A stretch of DNA of 26,339 bases from Candidatus Omnitrophota bacterium (GTDB taxonomy: Bacteria > Omnitrophota > Gorgyraeia > JABMRG01 > JAFGKX01), in contig JAFGKX010000138.1 of NCBI GenBank assembly GCA_016928375.1, positions 1-26,339 on the forward strand, written 5' to 3'. The notes below the pieces were generated by a model. The model saw only the letters and a list, made by a program, of their open reading frames with translations, ran no database searches and was not told the DNA's origin. A program made the translations under genes and the position numbers. Of the stretch, positions 15,650-25,303 are shown piece after piece (position 1 is the stretch's first letter; every line of letters starts with the position of its first letter).

Positions 15650-16762
15650 AAAATACCGATATTTGATATAAAGGCTCAGACGGCCCCGATAAAAAAATTG
15701 ATAAACAAGGCTATTGGAAGGGTTATAAATTCAGGGGCCTTTATTTTAGGCGATGAGGTTTCGAAGATAGAACAAAAAATAGCTGCTTACTGCAGAGTAA
15801 AATATGCTATTGGCGTATCAAACGGCACTGATGCGATATTACTTTCGCTGAAGGCCTTAGGCATAGAAGAAGGCGACGGCGTAATATGCCCTGCCTTTAC
15901 ATATTATGCTACCGCAGGCGCGATTGCGCGTTCAGGCGCTGTGCCTTTTTTCGCGGACATAGACCCGAGAACGTATAATATTTCAATAGATTCTGCGAAA
16001 AATATTTTAAAGCGCGGCAAGAAAATAAAAGCAATTATCCCCGTACATCTATACGGCCAATGCGCGGATATGGATGAAATTATCGCGTTGGCGAAAAAAT
16101 ATAATTTAAAAGTTATAGAAGACGCAGCCCAGGCATTTGGGGCAATTTATAAAGGCCAAAAATCCGGCAGTTTCGGCGATGCGGGGTCAGTAAGCTTTTT
16201 TCCTGCAAAAAACCTCGGAGCATTCGGCGACGCAGGTTGCGTGTTGACGAACAAAGCCGCCGTCACGGAAAAAATGCGCATATTGAGAAACCAGGGCGCC
16301 AGCCATAAAAATAAATATAAGCATATTATGATAGGCTATAATGCGCGGCTGGACACTATTCAGGCAGCAGTGTTATCGGTTAAACTTGATGTCCTAAATA
16401 AGTGGAATAAAAAACGCCGCGATAACGCTGAATATTATAACCGAAAACTTGAAAGTACAAACCTGGTTACTCCGTACGTGCCTTCGTATAATAAGCACAT
16501 CTACCATCAGTATGTTTTAAGGGCCCGCGGCAAAAAAGAAAAAATAGTTAAACATCTGCTTTTAAAAGGCATAGACGCAAGGACATATTACCCTATACCT
16601 TTGCATCTGCAGCCTTGCTTCAAATATTTAGGATATAAAAAAGGCGCGTTCCCGGAATCCGAAAGATGCAGCAGGGAGACATTTGCAATACCCGTATACC
16701 CCGAACTTAAAAAGCAGCAGATGGATTATATCGTTAAAACAATCAAGGAGGCGATAGCGTAG
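15647..16762 (+). CDS. DegT/DnrJ/EryC1/StrS PLP-dependent sugar aminotransferase (3-amino type, WbpE/FdtB-like)
   Basis: GVSNGTDAI, IIPVHLYGQ, IEDAAQAFG, PLP-lysine motif SFFPAKNLGAFGDAG, GYNARLDTIQAA, YYPIPLHLQ. Confidence 0.93.
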   Translation: MKIPIFDIKAQTAPIKKLINKAIGRVINSGAFILGDEVSKIEQKIAAYCRVKYAIGVSNGTDAILLSLKALGIEEGDGVICPAFTYYATAGAIARSGAVPFFADIDPRTYNISIDSAKNILKRGKKIKAIIPVHLYGQCADMDEIIALAKKYNLKVIEDAAQAFGAIYKGQKSGSFGDAGSVSFFPAKNLGAFGDAGCVLTNKAAVTEKMRILRNQGASHKNKYKHIMIGYNARLDTIQAAVLSVKLDVLNKWNKKRRDNAEYYNRKLESTNLVTPYVPSYNKHIYHQYVLRARGKKEKIVKHLLLKGIDARTYYPIPLHLQPCFKYLGYKKGAFPESERCSRETFAIPVYPELKKQQMDYIVKTIKEAIA

Positions 16763-16770
16763 CTTGTATG
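16760..16770 (+). repeat. 11-nt direct repeat, copy 2 (aminotransferase / rmlB junction)
   Basis: TAGCTTGTATG; identical to 15639-15649. Confidence 0.8.
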
Positions 16771-17760
16771 GAAACAATATTAGTGACCGGAGGATATGGT
16801 TTTATAGGGTCTAATTTTATAAGGTATATGTTTAAAAAATATAAACATATAAAAATTATCAACCTGGATAAATTAACCTATGCTGGAAATCTTAATAATC
16901 TGGCGGATATTGATAATGATAAACGCTACAAATTTATAAAAGGCGACATATGCGACGCTAAATTATTAGACAATATACTGTCGGCCGCCGACCATAAGTT
17001 TTTCACTATCGTAAATTTCGCCGCTGAAACACACGTTGACCGGTCCATAAAAAACGCATCCGACTTTGTCAGGACAAATATCGAAGGCGTAAGAACGCTT
17101 CTTGAGTCATGCAGAAAACATAAAATAAAGAAAATCCTGCATATATCTACGGATGAAGTGTATGGCGATGTGCAAAAAGGTTTTTCAAAAGAAGGGGGTG
17201 CCCTTTTACCGAATTCGCCGTATGCGGCAAGCAAAGCAGCGGCTGATTTATTATGCCTGGCATATTGCCATACTTATAAAATGCCGGTAACGATTACGCG
17301 AAGTTCCAATAATTACGGGCCATATCAATATCCGGAGAAAGTAATGCCGCTTTTTATCACTAATTTACTGGAGAAGAAGAAATTGCCGCTTTACGGCGAC
17401 GGTAAAAATATAAGGGAATGGATATATGTAGAGGACAACTGCAGCGCCATAGACTGTGTGCTTAAGAAAGGCTTATCCGGCGAAATATACAACATAGGCA
17501 GCGCTAGCCTTGTGAAAAATCTGGATATGGCAAATGCAGTACTAAAAAGATTCAAACTAAAAAGTAATTTTATAGAATACGTAACTGACAGGCCCGGGCA
17601 CGACAGAAGGTATGCCTTAAATTCCGGTAAGATAAGAAAACTGGGATGGCGCCCTCAATATAATTTTGAAAAAGCATTGAACATGACCATAGGCTGGTAT
17701 AAGCATAACAAATGGTGGTGGCAGCCGTTAAAACAAAAAGCGAATATAATAAAATGGTAG
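16768..17760 (+). CDS. rmlB: dTDP-glucose 4,6-dehydratase
   Basis: VTGGYGFIGSNF, NLDKLTYAGN, FAAETHVDRSI, HISTDEVYG, PNSPYAASK, NNYGPYQYPEK, DRPGHDRRY. Confidence 0.96.
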   Translation: METILVTGGYGFIGSNFIRYMFKKYKHIKIINLDKLTYAGNLNNLADIDNDKRYKFIKGDICDAKLLDNILSAADHKFFTIVNFAAETHVDRSIKNASDFVRTNIEGVRTLLESCRKHKIKKILHISTDEVYGDVQKGFSKEGGALLPNSPYAASKAAADLLCLAYCHTYKMPVTITRSSNNYGPYQYPEKVMPLFITNLLEKKKLPLYGDGKNIREWIYVEDNCSAIDCVLKKGLSGEIYNIGSASLVKNLDMANAVLKRFKLKSNFIEYVTDRPGHDRRYALNSGKIRKLGWRPQYNFEKALNMTIGWYKHNKWWWQPLKQKANIIKW

Positions 17761-17764
17761 GAAT

Positions 17765-19204
17765 ATGCCGAAACGCGTAGTTATACTGGGCGCCGGAATA
17801 GCCGGATTAAGCGCTGCGTGGGAATTGTCCAAAGAAGGCATTGATGTGGATGTGATAGAATCCCAGCCGTGCGTAGGGGGGCTTTGCCGCAGCATAAGAA
17901 AAAATGATTTTATTTTTGACCTGGGCGGGCACAGGTTTGTTACTAAAGATACGGCGATTTTCAATAAAATCGAAGGCTTGCTCGGAAACGATCTGATGGT
18001 AAGGCGCAGAAAAAGCGTCATTTATCTTAAAGGCAAATTTTTCGCATATCCTCCGGAATTGTATGACATATTGCGCAAGATGCGCCCCGATATTTCAGCA
18101 AGATGCGCCTTTGATTTTTTTATGGTAAAATTCGGCGCCTATTCCGGAATGCAGGATATTTCTTTGAAAAACTGGGTTTTAAAAAGGTTCGGCAGGACCA
18201 TGTACGATATTTATTTTGGCCCATATTCAAAGAAACTATGGGGCATTGCGCCGGATAAAATATCAGCGGATTGGGCAGGGCAGCGCATTTCTCTGCTTAA
18301 TATAATGGACGTTGTCCTGCGCCTGTTATCCGGAAGAAATAATTCTCCCAGGACTTACGCGCATAATTTTATTTATCCTAAAAAAGGCATAGGCCAAATA
18401 GCGCAGGCCATGGCAGAGGAAATTACTTCCAAAAACGGCAGAATACACTTAAACTCCATAGTAGAAAAAATAATTTTAGACCGGGGCCGCATCAAAAGCA
18501 TAATTTACCGGCAATCCGGCGTAGAAAAAGAGATATCCGCAGAATTAATTGTTTCTACTATGCCTCTGCCGGAGTTTATGCTAAGCATTGAGCCAAAAAT
18601 AAGCGGCAGCCAGCTGCATACTGCAAAATCTATGGCTTTCAGAGGCATTAAATTTGTTCATATAACGCTGGATAAAGAAAAAATTACCGATAATACATGG
18701 ATATATGTTCCGGAAGGAAAATATATATTTTTCAGGATACAGGACAGGAGAAACTGGAGCCCTTATGTTGTGCCCGAAGGGAAAAATGCCCTTACTTTGG
18801 AAATAGCATGCAATAAAGGCGATGATATATGGAATATGAATGATAACGCTTTGCTTAAGCGCTGCGTAAGCGGCCTGGAAAACATGGGGCTCATACGCCG
18901 TAAGGATATTTCAGGGTATTTTACGGAGAGCGCAGAACACGCTTATCCTGTATATTCACTTGGCTATAAAGAAAATGTTCAGCAAGCGTATGATTTTTTA
19001 TCCGGAATAAAAAATCTTATATCCATAGGCAGGCAGGGCCTTTACAGATATAACAATATGGACCATTCCATAAAAATGGGTTTATTGGCAGCTGATAACA
19101 TTTTGCACGATAATTGTGAACGCGATATATTCAGCGTGGCTACGGAAGATGTTATATTTGACTGGCAGCATTCAGGCTGTTGTGAAAGGGTATCAGGCAG
19201 ATGA
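17765..19204 (+). CDS. FAD-dependent oxidoreductase, UDP-galactopyranose-mutase-like / amine-oxidase fold
   Basis: GAGIAGL dinucleotide motif, GGLCRS, FDLGGHRF, YSKKLWG...WAGQRI, FFRI...NWS, HAYP, GRQGLYRYNNMDHS. Confidence 0.75.
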   Translation: MPKRVVILGAGIAGLSAAWELSKEGIDVDVIESQPCVGGLCRSIRKNDFIFDLGGHRFVTKDTAIFNKIEGLLGNDLMVRRRKSVIYLKGKFFAYPPELYDILRKMRPDISARCAFDFFMVKFGAYSGMQDISLKNWVLKRFGRTMYDIYFGPYSKKLWGIAPDKISADWAGQRISLLNIMDVVLRLLSGRNNSPRTYAHNFIYPKKGIGQIAQAMAEEITSKNGRIHLNSIVEKIILDRGRIKSIIYRQSGVEKEISAELIVSTMPLPEFMLSIEPKISGSQLHTAKSMAFRGIKFVHITLDKEKITDNTWIYVPEGKYIFFRIQDRRNWSPYVVPEGKNALTLEIACNKGDDIWNMNDNALLKRCVSGLENMGLIRRKDISGYFTESAEHAYPVYSLGYKENVQQAYDFLSGIKNLISIGRQGLYRYNNMDHSIKMGLLAADNILHDNCERDIFSVATEDVIFDWQHSGCCERVSGR

Positions 19205-20091
19205 AAATACTTATAACCGGTTCATCCGGAATGCTGGGACAGGCATTATGCAGGGAACTTGCAGCAGGGCATGAGGTTATAGGGCTTGATATCGGAATAT
19301 TTAAAATATTATCGAACATAGGCCGAGTAGATTTTTTTTTGGCAGATATTACCGATGCAAAGTTCATTATCGGTAAAATTATAGAGCGTCATCCGGACAT
19401 TATTATTCATTGCGCTGCTTATACCAATGTTGACAGTGCTGAAAAAGAAAGAACAGCGGCTAATTTGATTAATGCAGAAGGCACAAAAAGTGTTGCTGCT
19501 GCAGCAAGACAAATAAATGCGTTTTTGATTTATATCAGCACTGATTATGTGTTCGACGGCAAAAAAGATTCGCCGTATAACGAAAACGATAAACCGAATC
19601 CTGTGGGTTATTATGGAGAAACTAAATTAAAAGGCGAGATCGCTGTCAAAAACATACTTGATGAGTATTTGATTATAAGGACCAGCTGGCTTTACGGCAA
19701 AGGCGGCAGGAATTTTATAGGCGCGATACTAGATAAAGCAAAAACAGAAAAGACCATTAAAGTTGTGAATGACCAGATCGGCTCTCCGACATATGCTGAT
19801 GATTTAGCGAAAGCTATATCTTACATTATAGGCCATAGGCTATTGACCGTTGACTATCGGCTTGTTCATATTACAAATTCATGTTCATGCTCGTGGTATG
19901 AGTTCGCGAAAGAAATAATAAATACAGCAGGAATAAAAGGCGTAAACGTTGTGCCGATATTATCGCAGGAATTAAACAGGCCTGCGAAGCGCCCAAAGAT
20001 GTCTGTGCTTGATAATGGGCTCTTTCGTAAAATATATGGCAGGGGCCTGCCGCACTGGAAAGACGCTTTAAAAAGATACTTAAAACAATAG
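19201..20091 (+). CDS. rmlD: dTDP-4-dehydrorhamnose reductase
   Basis: ITGSSGMLG, HCAAYTNVDSAE, YISTDYVFDG, YGETKLKGE, VVNDQIGSPT, SWYEFA, RPAKRP. Confidence 0.95.
   Translation: MKILITGSSGMLGQALCRELAAGHEVIGLDIGIFKILSNIGRVDFFLADITDAKFIIGKIIERHPDIIIHCAAYTNVDSAEKERTAANLINAEGTKSVAAAARQINAFLIYISTDYVFDGKKDSPYNENDKPNPVGYYGETKLKGEIAVKNILDEYLIIRTSWLYGKGGRNFIGAILDKAKTEKTIKVVNDQIGSPTYADDLAKAISYIIGHRLLTVDYRLVHITNSCSCSWYEFAKEIINTAGIKGVNVVPILSQELNRPAKRPKMSVLDNGLFRKIYGRGLPHWKDALKRYLKQ
19826..19860 (+). repeat. Degenerate heptamer tandem repeat (5 units) inside rmlD
   Basis: TTATAGG CCATAGG CTATTGA CCGTTGA CTATCGG, encoding IGHRLLTVDYR. Confidence 0.55.
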
Positions 20092-20101
20092 GGGAGGAGC
20101 A

Positions 20102-21058
20102 ATGAAAGTTCTTATTACGGGAATAGCAGGCTTTGTCGGCAGCCATTTTACGGAATTTTTTCTAAAACGTAAAAATATCCAGGTATATGGCATAGAGCGC
20201 TGGAAGGCAAGTACGGAAAATATAGAGCATCTTAAAGATAAAATAGATCTTTATGACGAATGCGATATAAACGATATCGTGTCAATGCGTGATATTCTAA
20301 AAAAAACCACCCCGGATTACATAATACACCTGGCAGCGCAGTCTTTTGTGCCGACTTCATGGACCGCTCCGGCAGAAACCATAAAGACCAACATAATAGG
20401 AGAGGTTAATCTTTTTGAGGCGCTTCGAAGCCTTAAACTAAATCCCAGAATCATAGTGGCAGGTTCCTCCGAAGAATATGGTTTTGTAAAAAAAGAAGAA
20501 CTGCCGATAAGGGAGACTAACCCCTTAAGGCCTTTAAGCCCGTACGCTGTATCGAAAATAGGCCAGGATTTTTTGGGATATCAGTATTATAAAAGTTACG
20601 GCATGAACATAATAAGGACAAGGGCATTTAACCATACCGGGCCGCGCAGAGGAGAAAGCTTTGTAACATCTAATTTCGCAAAACAAATCGCTATGATAGA
20701 AAAAGGAAAGCAGAAACCGGTAATACTTGTAGGCAGCCTAAGCGCGAAAAGAGATTTTACCGACGTGCGGGATATGGTCAAGGCATACTGGGCGATAATG
20801 CAAAAAGGCGTTCCCGGAGAAGTGTATAACATATGTTCCGGCAGGACTTACGCCGTGCAGGAAGTCCTGGATATGCTTTTGTCTTTTACGAAAAAGCGCG
20901 TCACAGTAAAAAAAGACCCTGCAAGGATGCGCCCAAGCGACGTGCCGGTGCTGTTAGGCGATTGCACAAAGATGAAAAAGATTACAGGATGGGAACCGGA
21001 GATACCGTTTAAAAAGACTCTTGAGGACTTGCTTGATTATTGGCGTAGGAAACTTTAA
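20102..21058 (+). CDS. GDP-mannose 4,6-dehydratase family SDR, more like GDP-4-keto-6-deoxymannose reductase (Rmd)
   Basis: ITGIAGFVGSH, HLAAQSFVPTSW, GSSEEYG, SPYAVSK, RAFNHTGPR, SFVTSNFAKQIA, KRDFTDVRD, MRPSDVP. Confidence 0.8.
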   Translation: MKVLITGIAGFVGSHFTEFFLKRKNIQVYGIERWKASTENIEHLKDKIDLYDECDINDIVSMRDILKKTTPDYIIHLAAQSFVPTSWTAPAETIKTNIIGEVNLFEALRSLKLNPRIIVAGSSEEYGFVKKEELPIRETNPLRPLSPYAVSKIGQDFLGYQYYKSYGMNIIRTRAFNHTGPRRGESFVTSNFAKQIAMIEKGKQKPVILVGSLSAKRDFTDVRDMVKAYWAIMQKGVPGEVYNICSGRTYAVQEVLDMLLSFTKKRVTVKKDPARMRPSDVPVLLGDCTKMKKITGWEPEIPFKKTLEDLLDYWRRKL

Positions 21059-21083
21059 ATACAATTTGCCGGAGGATAACGAA

Positions 21084-22397
21084 ATGGGCAATGCGGAAAA
21101 GCTAAGGCAGCTGATAAATTCCAAAAAATCCAGAATTACGGTTATAGGCCTGGGCTATGTGGGGCTGCCGATAGCGCTGGCATTTATAAAAAAAGGCTTT
21201 TTTGTGTATGGGCTGGATAATAATACGCGCAGAATAGATAATCTGAAAAAAGGCGTATCCTATATAACGGATATACCCGACAAAGATATAAGTGTGTCCT
21301 TAAAAACAGGCAGGTTTATTCCGACATCAAAAGAGGATATTTTAAAGTTCTCCGATGTGGTTATTATATGTGTTCCGACGCCGTTACGTAAAACCAAATT
21401 ACCGGATGTTTCTTATATCGTGGATGCCACAAGGCATGTCGCCGGTTACCTTCACCCGGGGCAGTTAGTTATACTTGAGAGCACTACATATCCAGGCACT
21501 ACAAGGGATGTGATGCAGCCTATTCTGGAAAGGAAAAAACTTAAAGAAGGCAGGGATTTTTTTCTTGCGTTTTCTCCTGAAAGGATAGACCCGGGCAACA
21601 AAAAATATACCCTGGAAAATATACCCAAAGTAGTAGGAGGCGTGTCGGAAGTTTCTGGAACCCTTACAGGGCTTTTGTATTCAAAAATAATCAGGCAGAT
21701 ACACAAGGTTTCGACTGTCGAAGCAGCAGAAGTCGTAAAATTGCTTGAGAATACTTTCAGAATAGTTAATCTTGGCCTGATAAATGAATTCGCGATACTG
21801 TGCGATAAGTTGAAAATAAATGTATGGGAAGTGGTTGAAGCGGCAAAGACAAAGCCGTTTGGTTTTATGCCGTTTTACCCGGGCCCGGGCATAGGCGGGC
21901 ATTGTATCCCGGTTGACCCGTTGTATCTTTCATGGAAGGCAAAGAAAATAGGTTTTAAAACCAGGATGATAGACCTGGCATCCAGGATAAACTTATTCAG
22001 GCCGTATTATACAGCCCAAAAAGCGCAGAAGGTATTGCGCGCAGAATGCATAAACATATCCAGGGCAAAAGTGCTGATATTGGGCGTTACTTATAAAAAG
22101 GATGTAAAAGACCTTCGGGAATCACCCGCGCTGGAAATAATAAATATCCTGCAGGAAAAGAAAGCAATTGTAGATTACTACGATCCTTATATACCATACC
22201 TTAAGATAAACAGTATAAACTTAAAATCCATAAAATTAAATGCCGCCAACTTGAAAAAGTATAATTTGGTAATTCTTGTAACGGATCATTCAGGCTTTAA
22301 TTACAAATTCATATCTGAACACGCATCCATGGTACTCGACACCAGAAACGCGTTCGGCAGTCGCAGAATCAGGCAAAGCAGTATTATCAGCCTATAA
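21084..22397 (+). CDS. UDP-N-acetylhexosamine 6-dehydrogenase (WbpA/WbpO/TviB family)
   Basis: GLGYVGLP, ICVPTPL, LESTTYPGTT, FSPERIDPGN, KLLENTFR, catalytic GPGIGGHCIPVDP, DLRESP. Start moved to ATG 21084 (SD GGAGGA 21071-21076). Confidence 0.9.
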   Translation: MGNAEKLRQLINSKKSRITVIGLGYVGLPIALAFIKKGFFVYGLDNNTRRIDNLKKGVSYITDIPDKDISVSLKTGRFIPTSKEDILKFSDVVIICVPTPLRKTKLPDVSYIVDATRHVAGYLHPGQLVILESTTYPGTTRDVMQPILERKKLKEGRDFFLAFSPERIDPGNKKYTLENIPKVVGGVSEVSGTLTGLLYSKIIRQIHKVSTVEAAEVVKLLENTFRIVNLGLINEFAILCDKLKINVWEVVEAAKTKPFGFMPFYPGPGIGGHCIPVDPLYLSWKAKKIGFKTRMIDLASRINLFRPYYTAQKAQKVLRAECINISRAKVLILGVTYKKDVKDLRESPALEIINILQEKKAIVDYYDPYIPYLKINSINLKSIKLNAANLKKYNLVILVTDHSGFNYKFISEHASMVLDTRNAFGSRRIRQSSIISL

Positions 22398-22408
22398 TAA
22401 GGAGGCGT

Positions 22409-23359
22409 ATGGCGTTGTATCTTGTGACGGGAGGAGCCGGTTTTATAGGCTCCAATATCATCGAGGAACTGTTAAAACGCGGCGAGGATGTTCGCGTGCT
22501 GGACAATTTCATAACAAGTTCGCGTGAAAGCCTAGAATCTATTTCGAAGCGCGCACGGCATCATGCGCAATACAGGCTTATAGAGGGCGATATACGCTCA
22601 AAAAGCGATGTAAAAAAAGCCTTGAAAGATGTGGATTATGTGCTGCATCAGGCAGCGCTTCGTTCTGTGCCGAAATCTGTGGATAATCCGTTTTTGACCA
22701 ATGATATAAATGTTAATGGCACGCTTAATCTTCTGTATGAAGCGAAAAAAGCTAAGGTAAAGAGGCTGGTTTACGCATCCAGCTCTTCCGCATACGGCAA
22801 CACTGATAAATTTCCACAAAAAGAAAATCTTACTCCGCGCCCTATCTCGCCTTATGGAGTGTCGAAACTTGCTGCTGAAAATTATTGCACGGCGTTCTCG
22901 GATACTTTTGGGCTTGAGACAGTATCGCTGCGTTATTTTAATGTATTCGGGCCCAGGCAAAATCCGGAAAGCAAATATTCGACCTGTATACCGGCATTTA
23001 TATCCAGGATGATAAATAATAAGCCGCCTATCATAGAATGGGACGGAAAACAATCCCGCGACTTCACATATGTTTTAAATGTGGTGCACGCTAACCTTAA
23101 GGCCGCAGTTACAAAAGGTATAAGCGGCAGCGTATTCAATATAGGCTGCGGCAGCAGCATATCTGTCCTGGAGATAGTAAATATATTAAGCGAGATATTG
23201 GGTAAAGATTTAAAACCCGAATATGCGCCAAAAAGGCAGGGAGATACGCGTAAGACCTACGCTGATATAACAAAAATGGTTAAGATACTTGGCATTAAGC
23301 CGAAGGTGCGGCTTAAAGAAGGGCTTGAGAAAACAGTGAGCTGGTTTAAGGAGGTATGA
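22409..23359 (+). CDS. UDP-GlcNAc/GlcNAcA 4-epimerase family SDR (WbpP/TviC-like)
   Basis: [57 protein letters not shown]. Strong SD AAGGAGG. Confidence 0.85.
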   Translation: MALYLVTGGAGFIGSNIIEELLKRGEDVRVLDNFITSSRESLESISKRARHHAQYRLIEGDIRSKSDVKKALKDVDYVLHQAALRSVPKSVDNPFLTNDINVNGTLNLLYEAKKAKVKRLVYASSSSAYGNTDKFPQKENLTPRPISPYGVSKLAAENYCTAFSDTFGLETVSLRYFNVFGPRQNPESKYSTCIPAFISRMINNKPPIIEWDGKQSRDFTYVLNVVHANLKAAVTKGISGSVFNIGCGSSISVLEIVNILSEILGKDLKPEYAPKRQGDTRKTYADITKMVKILGIKPKVRLKEGLEKTVSWFKEV

Positions 23360-24285
23360 ATTTGAAAGTACTAATAACAGGCGGTGCCGGATTTATAGGC
23401 TCGCATTTATGCGATTTTTTGATAAAAAAAGGTAATTATGTTATTTGTATGGATAACCTTATTACCGGGAAAAAAGACAACATAAAGCATCTTTTGAAAA
23501 ATAAGCATTTTAAATTCATAAAACATGATGTAGCCGAACATATAAGATTAAAAGAAAAAGTAAACTATGTCCTGCATTTTGCTTCCCCGGCCTCCCCCAT
23601 AGATTACCTCAAGTACCCTATAAAAACGCTTAAAGTCGGCTCTTTAGGCACCCACAATGCGCTGGGTGTGGCAAAAAAATGCAAAGCTAAATTTTTACTT
23701 GCGTCCACATCTGAGGTTTATGGCGACCCCCTGGTAAACCCGCAGCCTGAAAGTTACTGGGGAAACGTAAACTGTACCGGCCCGCGAGGCGTATATGACG
23801 AAGCAAAACGTTTTGCGGAGGCAATAACCCTGGCATACCACAGAACACACGGCATAAATACGAAAATAGTGCGTATATTCAATACGTACGGCCCGAGGAT
23901 GAGAAAGCATGACGGCAGGGTAATACCGGCTTTTATAGACCAGGCATTGAACAATAAGCCCATTACAGTTTACGGAGACGGCTTGCAGACAAGAAGTTTC
24001 TGCTATGTGTCGGATATGATAAATGGTATTTATAAACTTATGAATTCGCGGTTTAATGACCCTGTAAATATCGGCAACCCCAATGAAATGACTGTGCTGG
24101 AACTGGCGAAAAGAATAATAAAACTGACAAGATCAAAAAGTAAAGTAATATATAAACCTCTGCCCGCGGATGACCCGAAAGTCAGAAAGCCGGATATTGC
24201 GAAAGCAAAGGTAGAGCTTAAATGGCAGCCGGAAATAAACCTGCAAACAGGCCTTACGAAAACAATAGGATGGTTTAGTGATTAA
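23356..24285 (+). CDS. uxs: UDP-glucuronate decarboxylase (UDP-xylose synthase)
   Basis: [73 protein letters not shown]. Confidence 0.92.
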   Translation: MNLKVLITGGAGFIGSHLCDFLIKKGNYVICMDNLITGKKDNIKHLLKNKHFKFIKHDVAEHIRLKEKVNYVLHFASPASPIDYLKYPIKTLKVGSLGTHNALGVAKKCKAKFLLASTSEVYGDPLVNPQPESYWGNVNCTGPRGVYDEAKRFAEAITLAYHRTHGINTKIVRIFNTYGPRMRKHDGRVIPAFIDQALNNKPITVYGDGLQTRSFCYVSDMINGIYKLMNSRFNDPVNIGNPNEMTVLELAKRIIKLTRSKSKVIYKPLPADDPKVRKPDIAKAKVELKWQPEINLQTGLTKTIGWFSD

Positions 24286-25303
24286 TTTGCCATATAGAAA
24301 AGATTTAGAACATGATTTGTCCGGCAAACAAATTATGATTACAGGCGGACTTGGCATGCTTGGCAGCACACTGGCCCATGAACTTGTAAGGTATAATGCA
24401 AAAGTGACCATAGTAGACGCATGCATAGAACCTTACGGCGCTAATATATTCAACGTCCAGGACATAAGAACCTTAGTTGATGTAAATGTTGTAGATATAC
24501 GCGATAGAGAAGCCATGAAATTTTTAGTCAAAGACAAAGATATAATTTTTAATTTTGCAGCACAGGTTAGCCATAATGATAGCATAAATGATCCTTTTTT
24601 CGATGCGGATATTAATTATATTGGGCACTTGAATATGCTTGAAAGCATAAGAAAGTATAATCCGCGCGCGAAAATACTTTTTTCAGGTTCCCGTTTACAA
24701 TTTGGCCAGATTGAAAAAACGCCGGTAAATGAAACGTGTCCCTTAAGGCCCAAGACTCCTTACGCGCTTAATAAAACCGCAGCGGAGAATATGTACGCAT
24801 ATTATTATGCAGTTCATGGTATTCCCTGCGTTATTTTTAGAATATCAAATTCCTATGGAATACGTTGCCAGATGAAGCATTCTAAATATTCCATAGTTAA
24901 TTATTTTATAAGGCAGGCCATGGAAGATAAGGATCTTGTTGTCTTTGGAGACGGAGAACAAATACGCGATTATATCTACGTTATGGATTTAGTTGAAGCA
25001 TTTCTGCTTGCCGCGGCTAATAATAAAGTAAACGGTGAAACCTTTAATGTCGGCAGCGGCGTAGGGTCTAAATTCAAAGATATGGTAAAGAGTGTCGTTG
25101 ATATTGTTGGAAAAGGCAAGATAAAGCATGTTCCGTGGCCGGAAAATTATTTAAATGTTGAAACGGGAAACTATATTGCTGACATATCAAAAATACGCAA
25201 ATTGCTAAATTGGAGCCCAAGATCAAATTTATCGGAAGGTATCAGGGGCACTTATGAATATTACCAAAGATACAAAGAGTATTATTTTAAAGATATGGCA
25301 TGA
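24278..25303 (+). CDS. NAD-dependent epimerase/dehydratase (extended SDR), substrate unknown
   Basis: [24 protein letters not shown] catalytic YxxxK, RDYIYV, FNVGSG. GTG start overlapping uxs by 8 nt. Confidence 0.85.
   Translation: MINLPYRKDLEHDLSGKQIMITGGLGMLGSTLAHELVRYNAKVTIVDACIEPYGANIFNVQDIRTLVDVNVVDIRDREAMKFLVKDKDIIFNFAAQVSHNDSINDPFFDADINYIGHLNMLESIRKYNPRAKILFSGSRLQFGQIEKTPVNETCPLRPKTPYALNKTAAENMYAYYYAVHGIPCVIFRISNSYGIRCQMKHSKYSIVNYFIRQAMEDKDLVVFGDGEQIRDYIYVMDLVEAFLLAAANNKVNGETFNVGSGVGSKFKDMVKSVVDIVGKGKIKHVPWPENYLNVETGNYIADISKIRKLLNWSPRSNLSEGIRGTYEYYQRYKEYYFKDMA

Noticed and set aside
16980-16992. Small hairpin GTCGG-ccg-CCGAC in a slightly lengthened RmlB loop
   Set aside because: Only a 5-bp stem, expected by chance in 26 kb, and it matches none of the palindrome families well.
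22545-22572. Possible decayed period-7 repeat (CGAAGCG CGCACGG CATCATG CGCAATA) in an odd loop of the WbpP-like protein
   Set aside because: Too degenerate to support without orthologue alignment. Worth rechecking if heptamer arrays prove common in the genome.
24278-25303. Apparent AT enrichment suggesting horizontal acquisition of the last SDR
   Set aside because: Spot counts are low in GC, but the DUF1015 gene is similarly AT-rich, so no clear compositional boundary can be claimed without a computed profile.
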